A DNA stretch of 64,000 nt from Nitrospirota bacterium (GTDB lineage Bacteria; Nitrospirota; UBA9217), in contig JAOUEV010000006.1 of assembly GCA_029858565.1 (NCBI GenBank), forward strand, positions 32,001 through 96,000. The letters run 5' to 3'. Positions 28,163 to 38,399 of the stretch are shown here, in pieces. The number at the start of each line of letters is the position of its first letter. The stretch's first letter is position 1. The notes below the pieces were generated by a model. The model ran no database searches. It was not told the DNA's origin and saw nothing but the letters and a program-made list of their open reading frames with translations. The translations under genes and the position numbers were made by a program.

Positions 28163-28813
28163 ATGATCGATCTTGTTATCGCCGATGACCATGCCATCTT
28201 CCGATACGGACTCAGGGCCTTGTTGTCCGATGAGCCGGATTTTCGGATCCTGTCCGAAGCGGACAATGGAACGGCCGCGCTGGGTGAGATACGGGAGAAA
28301 AATCCCCAGATCGCCGTTTTGGATGTCTCCATGCCCGGCAAGAACGGCGTCGAAGTGCTCGCGGAGGTCTGTCGCGATAAATTGAAGACCCGGTGCATCC
28401 TCCTGACGGTCCACAACAATCCGGTGCTCGCCGCTACCGCGATCCGGAACGGAGCGGCAGGCTACCTGCTCAAGAACCAGACGTTTCGTGAGCTGCCCGA
28501 CGCGCTCAGGGTCGTGGCAGCAGGAAAGAAATACTATTCCGCGGAATTGATACAGGCCCTGGCGCGCCAAAAAGAGCATCTCAATCTCGCCCGGCAGCTC
28601 ACCCGGCGTGAGTATGAAGTCCTGGCGCTGATAGTTAAGGGGATGACAAACAACGAGATCGCGACGCAGCTCAAAATCAGCATCCGCACCGCGGAAACCC
28701 ACAAGAGCCGTATCATGAATAAACTGGACATTCACACATCGGTAGCTCTGATTGCCTATGCGTTCCAGCATAAGCTGGTGAATGACAGCCAGGATATGCC
28801 GTCGTCCGAATAG
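28163..28813 (+). CDS. NarL/FixJ-family response regulator (LuxR HTH)
   Basis: VIADDHAIFR...AVLDVSMP...LTRREYEVL...TAETHKSRIMNKL. Confidence 0.95.
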   Translation: MIDLVIADDHAIFRYGLRALLSDEPDFRILSEADNGTAALGEIREKNPQIAVLDVSMPGKNGVEVLAEVCRDKLKTRCILLTVHNNPVLAATAIRNGAAGYLLKNQTFRELPDALRVVAAGKKYYSAELIQALARQKEHLNLARQLTRREYEVLALIVKGMTNNEIATQLKISIRTAETHKSRIMNKLDIHTSVALIAYAFQHKLVNDSQDMPSSE

Positions 28814-29283
28814 CTGATGCTGCGATTGAATATGCGGCCCGCGCCGGGCCATGGCTGAAGATATTTCTCCGCATTCCCCCTCCCGACCTTCTATTCCGAT
28901 TAACCGCCTGCCTGCCCGGACCGTATGGCCGAGATGCGCTGATCCCGGTGTAAATTCATTTCAACGAATATTTGCCGCGTGCCATCCGAAGAAAAACAGG
29001 CAGTGTGCCGCTGGACTCGCCCAATGGCCTGCCGAACCGCTGCTATCCAAAAACAGCAGCGGTGATATTTTTGCGCGGTAAATGCAGAGATCTGAGGCCG
29101 TTCTCCAACTAGCTGCAATAACTTATTAAGACAATTCATGACTTACTGAAAAACCCCGGGAAGGGGCGCGCAAATCAGCCGGTGCGCCGGCGTTCCGTAT
29201 TTGCTGAGTGTGGGTGCCGGGCCGCGGTTTGAACGCAGCGGCCCCGGATTCATCGCACCTTGTCCTTCGCATCTTTTCATAAG

Positions 29284-29435
29284 TGGAAGATCTGTGAGCC
29301 CCTGCCGCAAACCAAGGAGGAAGCGGAGGTATGGGAAAAGTTCAAGCCTGCCTGGGAAGCATGGAAAATTTATCACCGAAGAACGTCGCTCTTGCCGAAG
29401 GCGGCAAAAAGGACGAAGGCTACGTTATTTTACTG
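29284..29435 (+). pseudogene. Fragment of an MCP four-helix-bundle sensor domain
   Basis: Manual translation [31 protein letters not shown] matches [30 protein letters not shown] of the MCP at 32024; continues after a frameshift as ALAEGGKKDEGYVILL. Confidence 0.75.
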
Positions 29436-29564
29436 ATAAGACATACGGAACGAAGCCGATGCGGATGAGTGATATTTCTGATACGGTAACCCCATGACCA
29501 TGAGTGTTGCGGGACAAAGCGATGCGAACAGGAAGCTCAGCCGCGCAGGCGCCAAGAAACGAAC

Positions 29565-29909
29565 ATGAGAAAACTGAACTGTTGGGAATTCAAAAAATGC
29601 GGCCGGGGGCCCAGTGAAGCGAGAGCGGGGCAGGTCCTCTGTCCGGCGGCGTCCATGGCGGCGCTGAACGGCGTGCACGGCGGGATGCAGGGTGGGCGGT
29701 CCTGCTGGATCGTCGAGGGGACGCTGTGCAGCGGCAAAAAGAGCAGGCCGTTCAAGGAGAGATTCCATTCCTGTTCGTATTGCGACTTCTACCGGATGGT
29801 GATGCAGGAGGAGGGCGCCGCATTTGTCCTGTCGTCCGTCCTGCGCAGCCGGGTGGAGATAAGAACTGACGCCGAGCAGGACAAGTATTCCATGCGCATT
29901 GCAGCATGA
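29565..29909 (+). CDS. Two-CW domain protein (7 Cys conserved with its paralog)
   Basis: LNCWEFKKCGR...CPAA...NGVHGG..GGRSCW...GTLC...CSYCDFY; paralog at 42392-42754. Confidence 0.85.
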   Translation: MRKLNCWEFKKCGRGPSEARAGQVLCPAASMAALNGVHGGMQGGRSCWIVEGTLCSGKKSRPFKERFHSCSYCDFYRMVMQEEGAAFVLSSVLRSRVEIRTDAEQDKYSMRIAA

Positions 29910-29935
29910 TCGAATTCCTGAAGAGGAGGCAAGCC

Positions 29936-30457
29936 ATGAGCACCGCAACCATAACCGGAATGACGCAATATCTGACCTACACGCTGGCGGACGAGGTGTT
30001 CGCCCTGGACATCGGGAAAGTGCGCGAGGTCCTGGACTTCACCACGGTGACTAAAGTGCCGAATATGCCGGATTTCATGCTCGGAGTGATCAACCTCCGG
30101 GGAAGCGTGGTGCCGGTGGTGGACCTGCGGACCCGGTTCCGCATGCCGCGGAACGAGCAGACGGTGAATACGTGCATTATCATCACCGAGGTGCGGATCG
30201 ACGGGGACACCACGGTGCTGGGCTGCCTGGCGGACTCGGTGCAGGAGGTGCTGGATTTGGAAGCGAACCAGGTCGAGCCGGCGCCGAAGATCGGGACCAA
30301 GCTGCGAAACGAGTTCATCCAGGGCATGGGGAAGCACGGCAACCGATTCATCATCATCCTGGACATTGACAAGGTGTTTACCGTTGATGACGTGGCGCTT
30401 GTGGCGGAACTGGGCGCGGCGGCCGAGTGTCCCCTTGTCCACCATCAGGCTGCTTGA
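29936..30457 (+). CDS. cheW: Chemotaxis coupling protein CheW
   Basis: QYLTYTL...GVINLRGSVVPVVDLR...GCLADSVQEV...FIIILDIDKV; RBS GAGGAGG. Confidence 0.95.
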   Translation: MSTATITGMTQYLTYTLADEVFALDIGKVREVLDFTTVTKVPNMPDFMLGVINLRGSVVPVVDLRTRFRMPRNEQTVNTCIIITEVRIDGDTTVLGCLADSVQEVLDLEANQVEPAPKIGTKLRNEFIQGMGKHGNRFIIILDIDKVFTVDDVALVAELGAAAECPLVHHQAA

Positions 30458-30766
30458 AAAAGAACGCGCGCCGCCGCGGAGCCTAAACGGTGAATGGCCG
30501 GGTCTATCATTCAATTATCATCATTCACACCTGGCACCTCAACGCCCGGTTTTCCGGAGGCCCTCGGCGGCGCGCATGGACCGAGAACAAAAGCATCGAG
30601 GAGGGCTGCGATGATCAGATTGCAGGGAAGCCGGGCCGTTGACAGGCAGTTCCACAAGGACAGATATATACCGGTCAGGCGGCTGGCAACCTGGATGCAG
30701 GCCGCGCCTGCCGACACGCGCCCGGCGGGAAGGAGAAACCGCATACCCTGGAGCGAGGTAGTAAGA

Positions 30767-31162
30767 ATGAAGACCATATTGCTGATAGACAACAATGTAG
30801 AGCATCTTTTGCAGCACAGCGAGCTCCTGGGGCGGTCCGGCTACCGGATCGTGACCGCGCAGGACTCAAAAGCGGCGCTGTTCATCCTGGAAAGCGGCAT
30901 GCTCCTTGACCTGATCGTGACCGAGTGCCAGATGCCGGACATGGGTGCCCAGGAGTTCCTGGCGGCGATCAGGAAAGAGGCGCCGTCGGTGCCGGTGGTC
31001 GTCGTGACCAGCTGCGACTCGGTGGAATCTTATCTGAACGCGGTCGGCATCGGCGTCTATGAATATCTGAACAAGCCGTTGCTGCCGGGAGAGTTGAGCA
31101 GCATAATAAAGATGGTCGCCAGGGACCGCCGGTGCGGCAGTTTGCCGACCGGCTTGGCATGA
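30767..31162 (+). CDS. Atypical stand-alone receiver domain (phosphoacceptor Asp replaced by Glu)
   Basis: MKTILLIDNN...DLIVTECQMPDM...EYLNKP; RBS GAGG; paralog at 45758-46147. Confidence 0.85.
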   Translation: MKTILLIDNNVEHLLQHSELLGRSGYRIVTAQDSKAALFILESGMLLDLIVTECQMPDMGAQEFLAAIRKEAPSVPVVVVTSCDSVESYLNAVGIGVYEYLNKPLLPGELSSIIKMVARDRRCGSLPTGLA

Positions 31163-31172
31163 GGAGGGATCA

Positions 31173-31922
31173 ATGAAGAGATTGCTGCAGGCAGTCTTCT
31201 GGCTGGTTCTTTACGCAGCCGCGGCCCATGCGACGCCGTCAACGCAGATCTGGATACCGTCCACGGACGTACAGCCCTACATGAAGTGGCATTTCGGCTT
31301 CGACCAGTACATAAAGGCGCGCAAAATCGACGGAACAACGCGAGAGCCGAACGTTATCAACAACGGCGTTACCGTCGGCGTGCTGCCCGGGGAAAAAATC
31401 CAGGCGGAAGTAGGCATCGACCAGCGGGCTTATGGCGTGGAGCCCGTGGATTCCGCGCCGGTCTACTTCAATGCCAAGATCGGCATGCCTGAGGACGCCC
31501 TGTTCAAGGGGGCGCCGGCGATCGCGCTCGGCGGCTATGACTTGGGCACGAAGAAATACAGCGCCGATGCGGGCTGGGGCACGGACTACAACGTCGTTTA
31601 CGGCCTGATCGCGAGGACTTTCGGCAAGGTCGGCAGGTTTTCAGCAGGATACTACCAGGGCAGCGACAAACTGCTGCTGGACAAGAACGGTCAAAAAGAC
31701 AATACAGGCGTTCTCGCTTCCTGGGACAGGACGATCTCGGAGGTCTCGGACAAACTCTGGGTTGCTGTCGATTACATGGGCGGCGAGAACGGCTACGGAG
31801 CTCTGTCCTGGGGAGCGGCATGGAAGTTCTCGCCGAACGTGGGCGTGATCTTCGGATACGACAAGTACAACAACGCGAACTACAAGCCGACGTACACGAT
31901 TCAGGTGGACATCGATCTCTGA
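31173..31922 (+). CDS. Putative outer-membrane beta-barrel protein of unknown function
   Basis: Signal peptide (AAHA-TPSTQIWIPSTD); amphipathic strands; C-terminal YTIQVDIDL resembles a beta-signal. Confidence 0.7.
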   Translation: MKRLLQAVFWLVLYAAAAHATPSTQIWIPSTDVQPYMKWHFGFDQYIKARKIDGTTREPNVINNGVTVGVLPGEKIQAEVGIDQRAYGVEPVDSAPVYFNAKIGMPEDALFKGAPAIALGGYDLGTKKYSADAGWGTDYNVVYGLIARTFGKVGRFSAGYYQGSDKLLLDKNGQKDNTGVLASWDRTISEVSDKLWVAVDYMGGENGYGALSWGAAWKFSPNVGVIFGYDKYNNANYKPTYTIQVDIDL

Positions 31923-32023
31923 AGCAAAGACATGGCAAGTGTCTTAATACATGATTCGAGACTGTTAATATTCCGCGATTTTCGATGTATTACGAGACTA
32001 TTATCCGTACAGGAGGTGTCGTC

Positions 32024-33877
32024 ATGCAATGGTTCTACGATCTGAAAGTCGGGACGAAATTATTGATGGGATTCATAACCGTAGCGCTTCTGGGAGGGCT
32101 GGTCGGGCTGATCGGCTACAACGGGATGAGAGAGATCAACTCGGACCTGGAGAACATCTCAAAGAACAGGCTGCCGAGCATCGACAGTCTCGGCATCATC
32201 AACGAGGCCCAGACCGCGGTGGACAGCGGCGAGAACGCGCTGCTGAGCCAGGCGACCACGGCGGAGATGCGCAAAGAAGCCTATGACCGGTTCGACGCCG
32301 CCGCGAAGCGCGTCAAGGAGGCGCGGGCAATCTACGACCCCCTGCCGCAGACCAAGGAAGAGGAGATGCTCTGGAGGAAGTTCGTGCCTGCCTGGGACGC
32401 CTGGTGGAAGGACCACGAGCGCTTCGTGGATCTGGCAAAGGCCTACTGGCAGAACCCCTCGGAAGAGGGCTATCGCCGCATGACCGACCAGGCCCTGGTG
32501 CAGAACGGCAAGACCTTCGAGGTTGCAGAGAAGCTGCTGAATGAAGTGATCGAGATCAACCGCAAGGAAGCGGAAAGGGCGCATGAGGAGGCGGCGGCGA
32601 CCACGAGGAGTTCTGTCATGACGCTGGCGATCACTGCTGCCGCTGCCATGACGCTTGCGGTAGGGCTCGGCATATTCATTTCCCGCATCATCAAGCGCGC
32701 GGTGAACCAGGGCGCCGAGGTCGCCAAGGGGCTGGCCGTGGGCGACGTGACCATGTCTATTCAGGCGACGAGCAAGGACGAGACCGGCGCGCTGCTCGAC
32801 TCCATGCGCGAGATGGTCGATTCCATGAAAGCGAAGAGCGCCATGGCCGAGAAGATCGCTGCAGGCGACCTGAACGTGAAGGTGAACGTGCTGTCGGACA
32901 AGGACCTGCTCGGGAAGTCTCTGTTGGCAATGGTCGAGAAGCTGCGCGCGGTGGTGGGAGACGTGAAGAACGCGGCGGACAATGTTGCCAGCGGCAGTCA
33001 GCAGCTTTCCTCGGGCGCCGAGCAGATGTCCCAGGGCGCCACGGAGCAGGCGTCGTCCACCGAGGAAGCGTCGTCATCGGTCGAGGAAATGAACGCCACG
33101 ATCCGCCAGAACGCGGACAATGCTGCTCAGACAGAGAAGATCGCGCGCAAGGCCGCGAACGATGCACAGGAGAGCGGCAAGTCCGTGAGCGAGACGGTTA
33201 CGGCCATGAAACAGATCGCCGAGAAGATCGGGATCATCGAGGAGATCGCGCGCCAGACGAACCTGCTGGCCCTGAACGCGGCGATCGAAGCTGCCCGGGC
33301 AGGCGAGCACGGCAAGGGCTTTGCGGTGGTGGCGTCGGAAGTGCGGAAGCTTGCGGAGCGGAGCCAGACCGCGGCAGCCGAGATTACCCAGCTCTCGGGC
33401 ACGAGCGTGGAAGTTGCGCAGCGGGCAGGCGAGATGCTGTCAAAGCTGGTGCCGGACATCCAGAAGACCGCGGAGCTGGTGCAGGAGATCAACGCCGCGT
33501 CCAAGGAACAGTCCTCCGGCGCGGACCAGATCAACGGCGCGATCCAGCAGCTGAACACGGTGGTGCAGCAGAACGCGGGCGCTGCGGAAGAAATGTCGTC
33601 GACCGCCGAGGAGCTGAGTTCCCAGGCCGAGCAGCTGCAGGAAACCATCGCGTTCTTCAAGATCGACGGCGCGGAACGCACGGCAGCGAGGAAGGTGTCG
33701 GCCAGGAAGGCGAAGCAGGCCCAGATCGACCACAAGCTTCACGTTGCTCACCTGGCGCAGGCCGGAAAAGCGCAGAGGGCCGCCGACGCAGCGACGCAGG
33801 GCGCAGCGCTGCGGATGAAAGAGGACGAACAGGACAAGGGAGACGGCGGAGAGCAGGAGTTCCTGAAGGCCTCCTGA
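32024..33877 (+). CDS. Methyl-accepting chemotaxis protein (4HB sensor, HAMP, signalling domain)
   Basis: Two TM helices; [40 protein letters not shown]; RBS AGGAGG. Confidence 0.96.
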   Translation: MQWFYDLKVGTKLLMGFITVALLGGLVGLIGYNGMREINSDLENISKNRLPSIDSLGIINEAQTAVDSGENALLSQATTAEMRKEAYDRFDAAAKRVKEARAIYDPLPQTKEEEMLWRKFVPAWDAWWKDHERFVDLAKAYWQNPSEEGYRRMTDQALVQNGKTFEVAEKLLNEVIEINRKEAERAHEEAAATTRSSVMTLAITAAAAMTLAVGLGIFISRIIKRAVNQGAEVAKGLAVGDVTMSIQATSKDETGALLDSMREMVDSMKAKSAMAEKIAAGDLNVKVNVLSDKDLLGKSLLAMVEKLRAVVGDVKNAADNVASGSQQLSSGAEQMSQGATEQASSTEEASSSVEEMNATIRQNADNAAQTEKIARKAANDAQESGKSVSETVTAMKQIAEKIGIIEEIARQTNLLALNAAIEAARAGEHGKGFAVVASEVRKLAERSQTAAAEITQLSGTSVEVAQRAGEMLSKLVPDIQKTAELVQEINAASKEQSSGADQINGAIQQLNTVVQQNAGAAEEMSSTAEELSSQAEQLQETIAFFKIDGAERTAARKVSARKAKQAQIDHKLHVAHLAQAGKAQRAADAATQGAALRMKEDEQDKGDGGEQEFLKAS

Positions 33878-33932
33878 GCAGTAAGCGCAAGAAGTCAGGA
33901 CCGGCTGCGGTAAGAATATTCAGGGGAGAAGC

Positions 33933-34412
33933 ATGAAAAGGCAAGTCGGGAAAAGAGACGGAAGGGACATACTGCTGATCGGCGACGCATATCCGGCAGG
34001 CGGCTCCGGCCGGGTATGCGTCGAGGAATGCGAAGGCTCGATCATCATCACGGCGCGAAGCGAACAGGATGCAAAGGACATCCTTCGCACGATCGCGGTG
34101 GACGCGATTTACCACTTCCCGCAGGAGTGCGTGCGGGAAGCGGCTGAGGCGTTCAGGTCCTACGTGGAGAGGCGCTACTCCGCGATCCGGGTGGTGGATA
34201 TGTGGACGATCCCGCCCGCGGGAGCGGGAAAAGAGCTGAATCATGTCCTGCCGCTGTCTCTGAACGAAGGCTTCGACTGCCGCACCGGGAAGCGCATTGC
34301 GTGGAAGGAGCCGGGCGAAAGCAAGGCGTCTCCGCCGGGCGTTCCGGCCGATGTCGCAGGCGACGGACAAATACAATCGCATCGCGTGACCGGCGATGAG
34401 CGCGCGGCGTAG
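33933..34412 (+). CDS. Hypothetical protein (possibly a degenerate receiver-like fold)
   Basis: RBS GGGAG; in operon orientation; ILLIGD...TARSEQDAKDILRTIAVDAI loosely resembles the start of a receiver domain. Confidence 0.5.
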   Translation: MKRQVGKRDGRDILLIGDAYPAGGSGRVCVEECEGSIIITARSEQDAKDILRTIAVDAIYHFPQECVREAAEAFRSYVERRYSAIRVVDMWTIPPAGAGKELNHVLPLSLNEGFDCRTGKRIAWKEPGESKASPPGVPADVAGDGQIQSHRVTGDERAA

Positions 34413-34518
34413 GAGGCGGCGGCCGGGTTCAATGGTAATTTCAGGAACTGCTCCGCGTCCCCGGTGTTTTCCGTGGCGAAAGATCTTGATGCTGAAAAGA
34501 CCGCTTTCAGGAGGATCT

Positions 34519-34749
34519 ATGAACTGTCCCTTTCTGGACTCCGCAGCCGGGTCCCTCTGCATGGTGCTCCGGGCAGCAGGCGATCTGCCGCCGGCATGCG
34601 CCGAGCCTCCATTGGACGGCCGCGGCGACAGGGAATACCGGCGCTGTCTTCACTATGGCGCGGTGCTCAGCGGCGGCCTGGCGCGGATCGTCCGGTACCG
34701 CGGGAGGCGCCGGACAGCCGGCCGGTCCCCGCTGAAGAGCGCGTCATGA
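34519..34749 (+). CDS. Small Cys-rich protein (CPF-x8-C...C-x-x-Y family), divergent copy
   Basis: RBS AGGAGG; MNCPFLDSAAGSLCM...EYRRCLHY; stop overlaps the cheD start (ATGA). Confidence 0.65.
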   Translation: MNCPFLDSAAGSLCMVLRAAGDLPPACAEPPLDGRGDREYRRCLHYGAVLSGGLARIVRYRGRRRTAGRSPLKSAS

Positions 34750-35270
34750 CGACGCTCGTCTGCGCGCAGCCGCTGATCTATTTGAAAATGGGCGAGATCA
34801 CCTTCACGGAACAGCCCGCGACCATCACGACGGTCCTGGGATCCTGCGTTGCCGTTACGCTGTACGACCGGAAACGCAATTATGGTGCTATGTGCCACGG
34901 CGTGATGCCCGCCTGTGTCACCGCGGAGGGGTGCCCGGGCGCCTGTCCACAACAGGGGCATTACGTGGAATGTTCGGTAGAGGCCATGGCGAAGCGTTTT
35001 AGTTCTTTCGGGTCCCGGACCGGGGACATCGAAGCGAGGATATTCGGCGGCGCGGAAGTGTTCGCTATGCCGACCCGTTTCCGGGGCCTGCTGGCGGTCG
35101 GTCCGCAGAACGTTGAGGCGGCGGTGCGCGCCTTGTCCCGACAGGAAATCGCGGTCAGTTCGATGGCCGTCGGCGGCCGGGCGGGATGCCGGATCTATTT
35201 CGACACCATCTCCGGCGAAGTGTCGGTGTGGCGGCTGGAACCCGCGCTGAAGGCGGAGGGCGGCGCCTGA
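34746..35270 (+). CDS. cheD: Chemoreceptor glutamine deamidase CheD
   Basis: TVLGSCVAV, MCHGVMP, EARIFGGA, VGPQN, VGGRAGCRIYF. Confidence 0.9.
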   Translation: MTTLVCAQPLIYLKMGEITFTEQPATITTVLGSCVAVTLYDRKRNYGAMCHGVMPACVTAEGCPGACPQQGHYVECSVEAMAKRFSSFGSRTGDIEARIFGGAEVFAMPTRFRGLLAVGPQNVEAAVRALSRQEIAVSSMAVGGRAGCRIYFDTISGEVSVWRLEPALKAEGGA

Positions 35271-35313
35271 CAACGGCCCGCGGATCTGCCGGGAGGGACC
35301 GGGGGGGACCGGC

Positions 35314-35550
35314 ATGATGTATCTCGTTGTCAGAAACTCCGGGCAGTCGGGCGAGCTTCGGCTCTGGGGACAGTTTGCGGCCCGGGAGTCTGAAGAATTG
35401 AAGCTCTATCTTCAACGCGTTATGCGGCGTGTGGCCGATTTCACGGTCGATTGCACGGCGGGAAGAGCGCACTACGCGCCGAGCGGCACCGGATGTGCCC
35501 CTTTTACTGCATGGCCGGGGCCGACGGCGTCTTCGATCCGCGCGGCCTGA
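35314..35550 (+). pseudogene. Internally deleted paralog of the STAS-like protein at 48720-49055
   Basis: EELKLYLQRVMRRVADFTVDCT aligns with ETLKIYLRRALDRTGRLIVDCE, then jumps to HYAPSGTGC (paralog SYAPCAGC). Confidence 0.55.
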
Positions 35551-35599
35551 ATTTGCGGCCGCAGGAGGCGATGGCATGACGCAGGGCGGGGGAATCGTC

Positions 35600-35806
35600 A
35601 TGGCCTGTCCTTTTGCAGCGGGGGCCTATATGCTGTCCTGCGGCGCTTCGCAGATCACCTATGTTCCGACCCGCCGCGAGATCAGCGAGTATTGCGCCGA
35701 CAAAAAATACGAGCAGTACCGGCTCTGCGCGTATTACCGCCATGCGGTGTGGAACGGCCTGACGCCGGTGTCCTTGCCGAAGCAGCAGGAACGGCCGGGG
35801 GAGTAG
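35600..35806 (+). CDS. Small Cys-rich protein (CPF-x8-C...YVP...EYC...CAYY)
   Basis: MACPFAAGAYMLSCGASQITYVPTRREISEYCADKKYEQYRLCAYY; clear paralog at 46144-46422. Confidence 0.8.
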   Translation: MACPFAAGAYMLSCGASQITYVPTRREISEYCADKKYEQYRLCAYYRHAVWNGLTPVSLPKQQERPGE

Positions 35807-35851
35807 CGGCGGAGCCGATTGAGCCGATGGGGGTCACTTACCTGAGACCGG

Positions 35852-35880
35852 TTGACGGATGGGGAAAAAATGATTATAGT
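35852..35880 (+). promoter_or_regulatory. Sigma70-type promoter of rnj
   Basis: TTGACG, 17 bp, TATAGT. Confidence 0.65.
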
Positions 35881-35927
35881 TATCACCACTGATCATTGCA
35901 TCCCTCACGCCAAGGAGCCTCACCCCT

Positions 35928-37622
35928 TTGTCCACCCAGGAATCGCCATTCCCTGATACTCCCACCTCGCCAACACTCTCGATCATCCCGCTCGGCGGGA
36001 TCGGCGAGATAGGCATGAACTCCATGGTCCTTCAGTCCGGGGACGACATCCTGCTCATCGACGCCGGCCTCATGTTCCCGGATCCCGAGATGCTCGGCGT
36101 GGACATCGTGATCCCGGACTTCACCTACCTCCTGGACAACCGCGACAAGGTCCGGGCCATTGTGCTCACCCACGGCCACGAGGACCACATCGGCGCTTTG
36201 CCGTTCCTGCTCCGCGAGCTGAAGGCGCCGGTGTACGGGACCCGGCTCACCCTCGGGTTCGTGAAGGACAAGCTGAAGGAGCACGGGTTGGACAGCGAGG
36301 TGGAGCTGATCCCGGTCCGGCCGCGCGAGGTCGTGACCATCGGCTGCTTTCGCGTGGAGTTCATCCGCGTGACCCATTCCATCGTGGACGGCGTGGGGCT
36401 CGGCATCGAGACCCCGGCGGGCCGCGTGGTGCACACCGGGGACTTCAAGATCGATCCCACGCCCGTGGACAACGAGGTGATGGACCTCCGGACCTTCAGC
36501 GAATACGGCGACCGGGGCACGCTGGTGCTCATGTCCGACAGCACGAACGCTTCCCAGGGCGGCTACACCTTCTCGGAAAAAGAAGTGCGCCGCGGGCTTG
36601 AGGAGATCTTTCACAAGTCCCCGGGCAGGATCGTGGTGGCCACCTTCGCGTCGAATATTCACCGGGTACAGCAGATCATCGACGTGGCGGTAATGTACAA
36701 CCGGAAGGTGATCCTGAACGGCAGGAGCATGATCGCCAACGCCCAGATCGCGCTCGATCTCGGGTACCTGAAGATCCCGCCGGAGACGTGGCTCAGGATC
36801 GACGCGCTCAAGAAGCTTGCCGACGACCAGGTCGTGCTGATCACCACCGGCAGCCAGGGCGAGCCCATGTCGGCGCTTACGCGCATGGCTGCCAACGAGC
36901 ACAAGCACATCCAGATCCGGAAGGGCGACACCGTGGTCCTGTCGTCCAAGATGATCCCCGGGAACGAGCGCGCCGTGACGAGGATCATCAACCATCTGTT
37001 CAAATGCGGGGCCGATGTGTTCTATGAAAAGGTGTCGGAGGTCCACGTCTCAGGCCACGCGTCCAAGGAAGAGCTGAAGCTCATGCTGAATCTGATCAAG
37101 CCGCGCTACTTCATTCCGGTCCACGGCGAATACCGCCACCTGGTGTATCACAGCCAGCTGGGGAAAAAGGTCGGGATCCCGGAGGAGAACATCTTCATCA
37201 TCGAGGACGGCGAGGTGGTCGAGTTCAGCGACGGCATGGGCAGGCGTGCCGGCCATGTGCAGGCCGGGCGGGTGCTGATCGACGGCAAGCTGCCGGGCGG
37301 CGTGGAGACCGTGGTCCTGCGGGACCGGATGAAGCTTGCCCACGACGGCGTGGTGATCGTGATCCTCTCCATCGAACAGCACACGGGAAAGCTTGTTTCG
37401 GGGCCGGACATCATTTCGCGCGGGTTCGTGCTCGAGGATGCTTCCCAGGAACTGCTGGCCGAAGCCAAGCAGATCGTTCTCGATACGCTGCTGGTAATGA
37501 TCCCCGAGGCCAAGGGCGACTGGTCCCTGGTCTCTGCCCGTGTCCGGAGCAATCTGAAGAAATTCTTCAACAAAAGGCTCGACCGCCGACCCATGATCCT
37601 GCCGGTGATCACGGAGATCTAG
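35928..37622 (+). CDS. rnj: Ribonuclease J
   Basis: PLGGIGEIGMN, LTHGHEDHIGA, HTGDFKID, SDSTNA, TGSQGEP, HVSGHA, PVHGEYRH, RRPMILP. Confidence 0.97.
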   Translation: MSTQESPFPDTPTSPTLSIIPLGGIGEIGMNSMVLQSGDDILLIDAGLMFPDPEMLGVDIVIPDFTYLLDNRDKVRAIVLTHGHEDHIGALPFLLRELKAPVYGTRLTLGFVKDKLKEHGLDSEVELIPVRPREVVTIGCFRVEFIRVTHSIVDGVGLGIETPAGRVVHTGDFKIDPTPVDNEVMDLRTFSEYGDRGTLVLMSDSTNASQGGYTFSEKEVRRGLEEIFHKSPGRIVVATFASNIHRVQQIIDVAVMYNRKVILNGRSMIANAQIALDLGYLKIPPETWLRIDALKKLADDQVVLITTGSQGEPMSALTRMAANEHKHIQIRKGDTVVLSSKMIPGNERAVTRIINHLFKCGADVFYEKVSEVHVSGHASKEELKLMLNLIKPRYFIPVHGEYRHLVYHSQLGKKVGIPEENIFIIEDGEVVEFSDGMGRRAGHVQAGRVLIDGKLPGGVETVVLRDRMKLAHDGVVIVILSIEQHTGKLVSGPDIISRGFVLEDASQELLAEAKQIVLDTLLVMIPEAKGDWSLVSARVRSNLKKFFNKRLDRRPMILPVITEI

Positions 37623-37700
37623 AGCTCCCGTTTGCAAAACCAAAAGGTGACATCGCGAATGATTGATCTGCGGGGCAGGCACGCTGGAAGACCGGCATGC

Positions 37701-37734
37701 TTGACCTGCGACAGGAAGTGTGTTATAAACACAC
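37701..37734 (+). promoter_or_regulatory. Sigma70 promoter with a palindromic operator over the -10 box
   Basis: TTGACC, 17 bp, TATAAA; GTGTGTT-ATA-AACACAC inverted repeat at 37718-37734. Confidence 0.7.
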
Positions 37735-37766
37735 AAGTGTAGTTATATTTACAAGTGGAGTTCATT

Positions 37767-38399
37767 ATGTCATTCAATACAAAATCCGCATGCGCGCTGA
37801 CCGGCCTGTCCGCGCGCCAGATCGACTACTGGGACAGAAGCCACTTCATCAAACCCTCGGTCAAGGAAGCGGCCGGGCAGGGAAGCGGGCGCCTCTATTC
37901 CTTCGTGGATATCGTGCAGCTCAAGGTCGCAAAGACGCTCAAGGACAAGGGCGTTTCCCTGCAGAAGATCAGAAAAGCGATCAACTATCTGAAGAAACAC
38001 TTTCCTGATGTGCAAAAACCGCTCGCGGAAATGCGCTTTTTAACAGACGGCGACACGATATTCGTACTGACGAAGAACGATAAGGCGGTCCTGGATACGC
38101 TGGCGAAGGGTCAGATGGTCTTTGCGCTGGCGCTCGGTGAGATCATCGAGCAGCTGAAGGGCGATGTGAAGAACATCAGCCAGGACCGGAAGTACAAGGT
38201 CAGCGTCAAGGGCAAGGCTTATGAGGTCCTTCTGCACGCCGATACCGAGGACGGCGGATATTGGGTCGAGTGTCCTGCTCTTGCCGGCTGCGATTCGCAG
38301 GGCGATACCGTTGAAGAAGCTCTCGCGATGATCAAGGATGCGATCAAAGGGCATTTGGCAGTTGAGGCAGAGCGGAAGAAAAAGAGGGCCGTTGCGTAA
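37767..38399 (+). CDS. MerR-family HTH fused to a C-terminal HicB-like (UPF0150) domain
   Basis: ACALTGLSARQIDYWD...RLYSFVDIVQLKVAKTL...SLQKIRKA; C-terminal GGYWVECPALAGCDSQGDTVEEALAMIKDAI. Confidence 0.88.
   Translation: MSFNTKSACALTGLSARQIDYWDRSHFIKPSVKEAAGQGSGRLYSFVDIVQLKVAKTLKDKGVSLQKIRKAINYLKKHFPDVQKPLAEMRFLTDGDTIFVLTKNDKAVLDTLAKGQMVFALALGEIIEQLKGDVKNISQDRKYKVSVKGKAYEVLLHADTEDGGYWVECPALAGCDSQGDTVEEALAMIKDAIKGHLAVEAERKKKRAVA

Noticed and set aside
29436-29462. ATAAG-N14-GCCGATGC as a sigma28 promoter for cassette A
   Set aside because: Only a partial match, and it abuts the MCP relic; too weak to call.
30460-30510. GCCGCGGAGCCTAAAC...ATGGCCGGGT resembling the 3' half of a c-di-GMP-I riboswitch (and a weak 5'-half look-alike near 29150)
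   Set aside because: The P2 GAAA hairpin and P1 pairing are missing and the two halves are 1.3 kb apart; not supportable without a covariance search.
30494-30766. N-terminal extension of the receiver ORF, or a separate gene from ATG 30611
   Set aside because: The paralog at 45758 supports the start at 30767; the upstream frame has an RBS but no convincing motif (YIPVRR only faintly echoes the Cys mini-proteins).
24781-35850. Calling the kinase and cassette A block a defined second island
   Set aside because: No third comM tail or att core found at its right end, so the boundary is unsupported; kept only as a hypothesis in the comM finding.
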